Assembly (NCBI RefSeq): GCF_006345805.1
Contig: NC_042997.1
Location: 124,434,001-124,498,000 of the forward strand
Direction of reading: 5' to 3'
DNA: 64,000 nt
Source of the DNA: Octopus sinensis
Taxonomy: Eukaryota
A program made the translations under genes and the position numbers. The notes under the pieces are model-generated. The model did no database searches. It saw nothing but the letters and a program-made list of their open reading frames with translations, and had not been told where the DNA came from. Shown here piece after piece: positions 54,425-64,000 of the stretch (within the stretch, counting starts at the first letter, position 1; each line of letters opens with the position of its first letter).

Positions 54425-57209
54425 ATTGGAAAATGTAATTTGTATGATGATAAATACATATCAAGCGTATGTTCCTGTGTCTTTATGTGTGCATATTTGT
54501 TCTTCAAACTATACAAGCCTTGTTATACATAATGTATATATTCCGTTGTGTTCTTTTCAGGAAGCTACATATTCAATCGCATAAATTAAACCTTTTGCAT
54601 TTTTTAGATATTATTTCCAGTGTAAAATAAAAAAAAAATCGAGGGTTATTTTTCCTCTTAATATTCTATGAAAGTGTGAACAGATTTTTTTCCAACATAA
54701 CAGTAATATATTATAAATTGAGTACAATATCTTGGTTGGTGAATGGGCAGATTTGTTAGAGAGTCGGATAAAATGTATGGCAGAATTAGTTAGGGCTCTT
54801 CAGATTAAGACTTCAAATTCCACCTCTGTTGATTTTAACTTGTGTCAATAGAATTCACTGTTACTCTTTTTTATGTATAAATCCGTTTATGTATAGCAAT
54901 TGTTTGTGTATAACGCTTGTGTATAACATCTGTTTAGGTATAACTACTTATTTTCGTACAACTCTGATCAACGAACGCCAAACAATTTCATCTATACAAA
55001 CATACTCGTATGAATAAAAAGAGATTTTTGCCTTCGGTGTGATATCTGAGCGGCAATTTACCGAACCGTTTGGGAAAAGCAAAAATTAAGCGTTACAACA
55101 CAGTGAAACCTGGGACTATATCTAATTTATGTAGGATGCTATTCAATTTTGATCGATCTAAAGTGGCTAAAAATGTCGATAGGCATCGCGTGGTGGGGCT
55201 GCTGAACTAAGCTGATTTAAGAAACACTTCCGTATATTGTCCAGTGATATCATTTTGGTAGCAGTGGTCAGTGGCAGTCAATCGGAACTGTTTACTATTG
55301 TATCGTAAAGAGCTCTTCTCGTTTCTTTTTTCGATCTTTTCTTTTTTGGATCTCTTTTGAATAAGTAATATTCAGGAAGAAAGTGAAGTATTAACAGAAT
55401 CCTACGTCAATCAGAAGACGGTGGAATTAAAACTGGATATCTATAGAGAAAAGTCAATGCAGATATGTCGTCTCCGCTGATCCAGAATTAGTGTTTCTTG
55501 AGGTTTAATGGGCCGAGCTTATAGACAGAATAATTTGCAGTGTTTTAAATTTTAGGTAAAAGTCTATACACTCACATACACACTCACGCGCACACATGGA
55601 CGTACACTTCATAGATATTTATGACTTGTGCTACTGAGACGAAATTCCTTTACTACATACTCGTATGTGAGGAAAAGAAAATATCAAGTAAAATAGTTTT
55701 TTTTTAAACGGGTAGTGTCTACTGTCATAACCAACCATAAAACTTTCTTTATAGCGAGATTTATTGTTAGATATCAAATAACAAGCACATGCAAAAAGAT
55801 CAAAATCTCAGAAGAGATACACATCTGTGCAGTTGGTGTTTCTCAGAAATGGAGGATTAAGTGCCTACAATAGATGTATGATATATTTTGCAAAATTTCA
55901 ATGTGGCTTATACACAGTGGTGGTATGGTGGGACTTCGGTTGAGTTTTCTAAAGTGATACTATATATTGTCAAATAACTGAAATGTTTATAAAGACAACC
56001 ACAATGAGAGGGAAATTGATATTGATGCAACGTTCCAAAATGTTATAACATTAACTGAACTTAAGTTTAGGGAACAGATATTATTGTTCTACAATGCACT
56101 AAATATTCAAATTTCCTCAATCAAATAATACCATAACAGAATCTGAGTGAATATAGTAACCCAAAAGCCTCAGCTTTAGTGAGAGACAAGAAATAAATGC
56201 GAACATTACGTTGCTCTGAAGTGTGATAGTTATGTAAAATGTAAAATAACTTCAATGAGAATTACAAATAAGGCCATATTTTCGAGCTTATCACGAGCAT
56301 ACTTATAGTGTAAATTATTTAATTTGATATTTCTCTCGGCGGTGGAGTGGCAGAAACATCCTTGTGATATTCATTTACAATTATTTGCCTTTTGGTTTCA
56401 AATTTCACCATAATCGACGTTTCTTTTCAAAATACCATACAACCAGGAAGTAGAGTGGGCCGATATTAACCGTCTCTATTTAGCCTAAATTATAAGGATT
56501 TGTTTATAATGTTGGAAATCAGTACTACCCTCACCTTGGTTTATAGATTTAGATTAAAATCATGACAACACTCATATGTCGGTTGTTATTTAAGTAAAGA
56601 GTAAACTTTGCCATTTATCCATTCCTTTATCATTAGCCGATCACTTTGGTAGACATTGTGCCTAATTAAGAATCGAATATTTGTTAAATGGAGGCAATCT
56701 TTGTAAAATGATAAAGTATTACGAAAAATGTTTACTGCCATATGATTTCTGAATTTATGATCTTAATTTACTCCTGCGCTGAGGTTAAATTTCCATTTTG
56801 CCATTGTGGTTCACGTTGACAAAATATCTGCTGCCAATACTGTAGAATCAATTCAATACTTTATATATTCAACTATTTTTTCTTTTTATTTTGTATCATC
56901 ATTTCATTTAAAATCTAGCCGAATAGATTTAACCTTTCATATTTCTTCATTGCAGGATAACAAGTAATGTTAATACAGTGTCTGGTTGATATAGAGTACG
57001 TCTCAATAGAAAACTGCTTGCATAGAAATGCAAAATAGTAAAATAGTTTAACATTGAAAACTTACCGTCAAAAGACAGAAACTGTAGACGCTGAAATCTT
57101 GAATATGTGAGAATATGGTATGAGAAAGAAAGAAGACAGAGACAGAGATATAGAAAGAAGGTAGCAGACGAGACAAAACTAAAGTAAGAACGAAATACTG
57201 ACGACTTAC

Positions 57210-57320
57210 TTTAATCGTAGACATTATCTTTGTGTTGTTTATTTCAATTATTGTTTTGTCCATATCTGGGGGACGTTCCAATCTAATGTCGAGCCCTGTT
57301 TCATCAGTCCATTCTCCTAT
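57210..57320 (-). CDS. AMPA-type iGluR exon (ATD-S1 linker)
   Basis: IGEWTDETGLDIRLERPPDMDKTIIEINNTKIMSTIK carries the IG.W motif and the start of S1. Acceptor tttcag, donor gtaagt, 111 nt, in frame with both neighbours. Confidence 0.9.
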
Positions 57321-60300
57321 CTGAAAGATCAAGCAATGTTGTATGTGAAAGATGATGCCTTTCAGGACTCTAATCATAATAGTTCAAGAACGAAGTTAAC
57401 AACAACGTTACCAACGATACGGACATTTTAAAACAATCTCAATAAATAAATATTTGATGAAAGATAATTCGGTATAATATTGTTGAAAAGGCTAACGGTA
57501 ACAATATTTTTGATACTTAGATCCGTAACGGTGTATTAGAAAGTTGTGGGATTCATACTCTTGCTTCAAGAACATTAGAATCAATAAGGAAATGGTTGAA
57601 AGACTGTAATAGACATAGAGTTTCTAAGAACTTGCAGCCACATAATATCACCCTTCACACTAATTTTAAAGTTGATGATAGTAATAAAAATATAGATTCT
57701 CAAGAAACAGTATATTATAGTGGAAAAGTTTCTTTTCTGTTCAACTATCCATCATCACAATTGCGGCAATAAAAATGACTAAAGAGTAGATTTCTAAAAG
57801 AAAGCATTCGAAAATGGTGGACATAGTAAAAATTACATCAATATGTAACTGCAAATTCGATATCTAGAGAAAAGCAAACAACACGAATAAGATGTTAGAA
57901 AAAATTAGAGGAACGTTATTGGCAGAGCAATCATACAGACAATTTCATCCTCACTTAACAACTATCTGTCAAATTAGAAAATGTCAAACATAAATCTAGC
58001 AACTATGTTTTTAAATAAGAGATGTCAATTATAATTGCTATTAGGAGCTTTGCTTCTGATTCTCATAAACCTATCATCATTTCTCTCAAGATAAAGAAAC
58101 GATTGTTGAGATGAATTTATCGCCCTTACTCATCATTGCTATGATTATTCTTGTCATCACCAGACTACCCGCATAAAATAGATTATTTTGCGCAAATAAT
58201 ATATCTTTACAGTATTGGCAAAATTTCTGAATTATGTGTGTGTGTCTGAATGTTTGCATGCACCTAATATATGTATAATGTGTATGAGAATCGTATGTGC
58301 GCGCGTGTTTGAGTACGTATGAGAGAGGTTGTCTCATCGCCTGCGCATGTGTTTGATATATGTGTATTATTCAGTTCGTAAATTAATCTAGTGAAAAATG
58401 CCCAGCTCACAGATATAGCCCTTGCAGGCGGAATCCTGCTGGTAAAGTAATGTGTTCAATATTCAGTAGAAGATTACGGCAGTAAATATATTTTGTATAT
58501 TTAGAAATATTAGAATTTTTTCTGAATAGACATTGAAAGAAGGACAGGATGTTTATGAAAGAAGGACAGGATGAAAAGTTTATTATGAAGTTTAACTTGA
58601 AACCCATGTAGCTAGGTCAAGCGTATCTCAGTCTGCAATATGAGAATCGCATTCTCTCGAAGGACATCATCATAAATAACAATCAATTTTGCTTCCATCG
58701 AGAATTGAACGTTTATGAATTAGTTTAGCCGATTGCACACAGTGCAAAAGTTATACAACAATTTTGATCAGTTTGGATAAGATTTTACGTAGTGGGAGAA
58801 ATGAAATCTTACGTTTCGAGGCTGTCCCTTCTTGGTTTGAGAGAAAAAGTATAATTTTTTTCTCTCTCGCAGACAATCTGTCCAAAATATCAGAATTCCT
58901 GTCACCTAATGAGATACGAATTTATCTATCGTAATGAAATAAATGTTCGGTACCTAGTTGTCGATGTGAAGTGTCATTTATATGATGGCGCCTGTGCATA
59001 TAATTATTGGTGTTTATATAACTTTTTTTTTTTTTAGATTAGCAGATTTCTATTTGGTAAATTCATAAGAAATGTAAGGAATAATGTATTTTGTCTCTTG
59101 TTTTGTTTTGTTTTTATTTTTAGTTTAGCGAGATGAGATAAGCAATCTACAGCCTCAGTATAAACATTATTGAATAAAATATTATTGAGTTAAATAGAGA
59201 AAGGAAAATATTTATAATGATACAAAATAGGATTTCCTATTGCACATCAATACTTCATACAAATCTAACGGTAAGTATAATATTTATACTTAAATACTCC
59301 AATTGTAATAATCATAAATTAAAAATAGTTTAACGTATGTAAATATAATTGTTATAATAAGGAAATGGAATTAAAATAACTCAATAATAATATTGCGATG
59401 TCAATGTATAAGAGAGAGGTAAGAAAATCGAATACAAACATGAAGGACATTTTCAAGTCCAATACATGATTCTACCGAGTTACAAATGCCGTTAATAATA
59501 TAAAATTAGTTTCCTATATTAACTTACAATATGAAAATCTTACATTGAACCTGGAATATATTTTTCTATAAATAATTCGATATTATCCTCTGCACGATAC
59601 CAGAAATAAAATTGATATCAATTTTATTTCATACACGAAAGTAACATGAAAGAAGGGAAATATTTCAAGTAACGTGTCATAAATAGTATATCGTAAAAGT
59701 TTCTGTTTAATTTATAAACTCTAATGTAAGCTTTTGTGTACCAACACTCCAACAAAATTAATTGACAATAAAGATTTATGTATTATTTTTGATTAAAAGA
59801 ACGAAAGATCACTTATTAGGAAAGACGCCGTCAACAACTTTTGCACATTCAGCCTTAAAATATCTTACGTCACTAACATAATCTCTACTGATTCTATAAG
59901 TGATACTTTTAAATTAAGCAACATAAATCCATTTTTTCTTAACAGAGCATATTTGAACTCTCCATAGCTTTTAAAAGTCACGATAGTATTAGCAAAAGCA
60001 TCTACTAGGCAGTCCCTTATTATGATAAATATTTACAGTATAGTAACTTCAAAGACGAAATTACGTATTCACTTTATTTTCTGCCCTTAAAAAGAGAAGG
60101 TGTGTCAACCAAATGCATTGCTCTTTCCTCAATGTAAAATCTAATTGAGCAACATTTTTCATAATTATAACAAGCACTTCACTTCCATAACACAAATATA
60201 GAAAATATTTTAACAATCAGAATCTAAAACAATCTACATTTATATCAGAAACATGGAAAATATAATTTTGCACATCCACTATCAAAACCGAAGAGCCATA

Positions 60301-61162
60301 CATTCAAAACTCCAAATATATTACCACCATGCAATGTGGGAGCCGTGATGTATGACGCAGATGTCACTTCTATAAGATCCAATATGGAAGTGACATATAA
60401 GCGTTACACAGTCATGGCAGAGAAGTTGAAGCAAAGAATTTTTTAAATTATGCATCCTTTAGACAACTAAAAGTCAAAACAAAAAACACAGCGTATAAAA
60501 AATTCAGAAAAGATTTCTGGTTATAATCTCATATGGAAGATCACAGCAATGTTCAAACATTTCACAACTGAAAGGAAAGGGTGTAATGTGTGTATAACAG
60601 GAAATGAGAAAAGTTCCTGAAACATTCTCAACCAGGGTCTCAAATTCAACAACAGACTAGAGATATTTCCGAAGTGCAGATCTAGATATTTTAGAAATGC
60701 ATTCGGGAAAATTACTAATGTCCAGGCAAGTAAATATCGCCATCTTCAACAGAGTTAATTAAAACTTATTAAATTCTAATATAGTTTCAAGTCAGGTTTT
60801 CTTCATATTTTCTCCTACTACTTCTATTTTCTCCCTTCTCTCAACTCTCTACCTTTTTTAAAGTTTATAATCAACATCTCCCCAGTCTTTGTTTAATTTC
60901 CTTAAAATCACATCCTAATTTATCATGCCTCAATTTCACTTGAAATTGAAAACAGGCAATATCATAGTTCTCTAGATTTCCCCACCGCAACCAGATGGGA
61001 TGTTTGACGAACATATTTTTCGTATTGAGATAGTCTCTAAAGTCCTTCTGGTGACGTTGATCGCCTGGGGCTAAAAGCATCAGTAACACCCCCCCCCCAG
61101 TGGCTAGCCACATTCAGATGGCTAATACACCTTACGTTATTTATAATTGTTTATTAGTATAT

Positions 61163-61561
61163 GAAGCGTGGCTGTGTGGTAAGAAGCCTGCTTCCCAATC
61201 ACATGGGTCCGGATTCATTCCCACTACATGGCATCTTGGGCATGTATCTTCTACTATAGCCTCGGGCCGACCAAAGCCTTCTGGATGGATTTGGTAGACG
61301 AAAACCGAAAGAAGCCCGTCTGATATAAACAGGTATATATCTATGTATGCGTGTCTTTGTGCCTGTGTTTGTCACCCACCACCGCTTGACAACCAGTGTT
61401 GCTGCGTTTATGTCCCTATAACTTAGCGGTTCAGCGAAAGAATAGATATGATAAGTATTGAGTTTTAAAAAAATAAATCTTTGGGTCGATTTGTTCGTTT
61501 AGGGCCCTTCAAGACGGAGCCTCAGAATTGTTGCAGTGAAATGAATGAAACAAAATAAAAG
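61163..61561 (+). mobile_element. SINE family B (older copy)
   Basis: Colinear with family B, more diverged. Confidence 0.8.
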
Positions 61562-63138
61562 ATATGGGAATTAAGATGAAGTGTATAAGTTACGTTCCCC
61601 TAGATTTCCGTATAAATAAAAAAACATTAATCTCTTTTAAGTATAGAGTACAACATTTTGCCATTCCGTGTTGTACAGCATTTCGGCGGTTGTTCAACGG
61701 TTTCAGTAGTATTCCCTACGAGAAGAGATTTTTAAAATATTTTCCTAAACCTACTACTTTTCTTCAGAAATATCTGAATGGTCCCTCACGACCCTTCTTA
61801 CAGAAAAGTATAATCGATATAAAGAGATAAAGAGATTTTTCTTTTCTTTCTTTCTAGATAACTTAAAATGATTCTAATACATTAGTTGAATAATGCATTA
61901 GATAAAATGCATCTTAGTCAAATTGAATTTCTACGTACAGGATTTGCGAAAAATGAAGATGAAATGCTAATAAACAGAGAGGGAAAGAGAGAGAGAGAGT
62001 GGGGCAGACAGATAGACTGATGCACAGACGACCAATAGAGATTTGATAGACTTCGAAAGGTAGGAAGATATTTACATAATATATGCATACGCATATACAT
62101 AAATTCACATGTGCATTCATACATACATTCAATAATTCAAAGCTACACATATTCTAACATATAGAAAGATATTCAGACAGACAGGTGCATATACGCACAA
62201 ACACACATACAACCAAATATGCACACATAAATATATATGTATACACATTTACAGGCATATATATGTATATAACGAAGTGGTTAAGACATGAAGATGACAG
62301 AGAACACGAAGAGAAAAAGAAAGAGAAAGTTGGAAAGAAATTTTGATTTTGGTTCTATATGAAAGAAAGTAAATCACGGGTATTAAAGCTAAAAACAGTT
62401 CTGGACCACTGTTTTAACCTCTTTGATCATAATAACAGAAACCCCTGGGGACATAATATCAATGAATGTAGACATTAGATGGACAATTGAAAGCTAAATC
62501 ATCAAGAAAAATTGCAAATGAAGAACCTTCATCTAGTTAAATTTCTTTTGTCATCAGATTTGAATACTACCGTGCCATCCATCGTGATTAGGCCAAATTT
62601 CAGACAAATTTAAGTAATGAATGTCTGCAGTGAACGTCTGCAGAAGCAGAAATCAAAATAACCGAAAGCAATATCCATTATAAATTAGGTGAGTCGAACT
62701 TATAAAAACTTTATTGATCAGAGACTGAAACTAAATGTCTGATAACCTTTTATTTTATTCAAAGATCAATATACAATTGAATATGAGGTAAAAGTGTGTG
62801 CCCCTCATAGAATCAAGTAGAGTGGCTTCTTTGCCATTTCAACTCTATGTGCTTAAATTCATATATATTTACTTATCACGCGCTGATCTGATAAATAAGG
62901 TTTAATATTTTTATTTGTCTTTTTCGTTTGCCTCAAGCGAAAGTTACAGGTGTTGAACTTTAGTTGAACTAAGAGAGTGGCTTTTATCCCTAAAGATATG
63001 GTAAGATCATAGTAATATGGTATACTCTTTGGAGGATTGAATAGATTACCTTGCACTATTCCTTCCGGCTCTCTCCACTCTGTATTCAAATATTCTCTGA
63101 GTCTAATTTGCGACAAACCTTCCATAGCCGATAGAATA

Positions 63139-63398
63139 ATAAAATATATAAATGCACCCTTTTAAAGCCTAGCCAAGCACATGGGCTCTGTTTCCCGGTT
63201 TCTATGGCGCATGTGTTCCCCAGCTGGATGGGACGACAGTCCATCGCAGCGTTACTCATTTTTGACAGCTGAGTGGACTGGAGCAACGTGAAATTAAGTG
63301 TTTTGTTCAAGAACACAACGCGTCGCCCGGTCCAGGAATCGAAACCACAATCTTACGATCGTGATGCTGACACCCTAACCGCTAAGTCACGCCCTCCT
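63139..63398 (-). mobile_element. SINE family D with 16-bp TSD
   Basis: TSD catag(c/t)cgatagaata at 63123-63138 and 63399-63414. Confidence 0.9.
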
Positions 63399-63857
63399 CA
63401 TAGTCGATAGAATACAGTACGAAAACATAAAGTAGGAGACATAAAGAAGCTTACACCAAAATCTTTCAAATACATGTCCCAAGTAAAGGAACCCAAGCAC
63501 CATGTGGTTGTGTTTAATGGAGAGATGATTTGTAATTAGCTACACTTCAACCTAAATTTAGAAGCTTGGTAGTTTAGTATGAGAGATAAGCCAAGCATTA
63601 GCGCTTGTCTTGTTCATAGTTATTTCGTAGCACAAGAGAGAGGATATTTTTTTTGTAAAGGTTCTAGTTAGTAGGTGAACCTATTAGGAAACAATACAGT
63701 GGATGACAAAACATTTGTAATTTAGAATTTAAAGATTATAGCTAAACCAGTAAAAAATCGTTATTTTCATCAGTAAATAGAAGATAGTTTGTTAGCAAAA
63801 GTCGAAACAATACAGAGTTCCTATGTTAGTGAATTCAGGGTACAATGGCATACTTAC

Positions 63858-63965
63858 ATTTTGTAACGGTTTTCCATAACTTAACTGCAACACGTCTAGC
63901 TTAACATTCTTTCGTTGAAGGTTGTCGTCAAAGGATACCGTGCCAGTGAGTCCAGTGAAATTTAC
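63858..63965 (-). CDS. AMPA-type ionotropic glutamate receptor, exon (end of amino-terminal domain); not in the ORF track
   Basis: Manual translation VNFTGLTGTVSFDDNLQRKNVKLDVLQLSYGKPLQN matches the iGluR ATD motif F.GLTG.V.FD...R....LD. Acceptor ttttacag, donor gtaagta, 108 nt, phase 0/0. Confidence 0.9.
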
Positions 63966-64000
63966 CTGTAAAATTCAATAGAAGATCAAAAAACTGAAAC

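Noticed and set aside
60300-60780. NILNQGLKFN (like a Penelope N-terminus) and a 14-bp hairpin at 60361-60396
   Set aside because: Too decayed to call, and the hairpin is too short for a pre-miRNA.

Overview
AT-rich, microsatellite- and SINE-dense animal genomic DNA. The repeat content suggests a cephalopod, probably Octopus (inference). The whole window lies inside one minus-strand AMPA-type ionotropic glutamate receptor gene. Five GT-AG exons splice in frame: 63965-63858, 57320-57210, 31765-31553, 30577-30416 and 22268-22075. They encode the end of the ATD, the S1 ligand-binding lobe, M1 and the M2 pore loop (LMQQG). I found no M3/S2 exon, so the last intron is over 22 kb. The introns hold two mariners, non-autonomous Helitrons, Penelope, Tx1/L1, CR1-like and RLE-type LINE pieces, and many tRNA-headed SINEs. 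Main unusual observations: (1) a ~3 kb decayed minus-strand block (~43800-46830) with bunyavirus L polymerase motifs in the correct order, a likely ancient endogenous RNA-virus element; (2) four minimal hammerhead-ribozyme-like motifs with a non-canonical core in Penelope terminal modules; (3) a large inverted duplication at a retroelement junction, later hit by a LINE; (4) unusual residues at AMPAR gating positions and an editable Q/R codon. Most short ORFs in the track are microsatellite artefacts. Reference motifs are quoted from memory and no searches were run.
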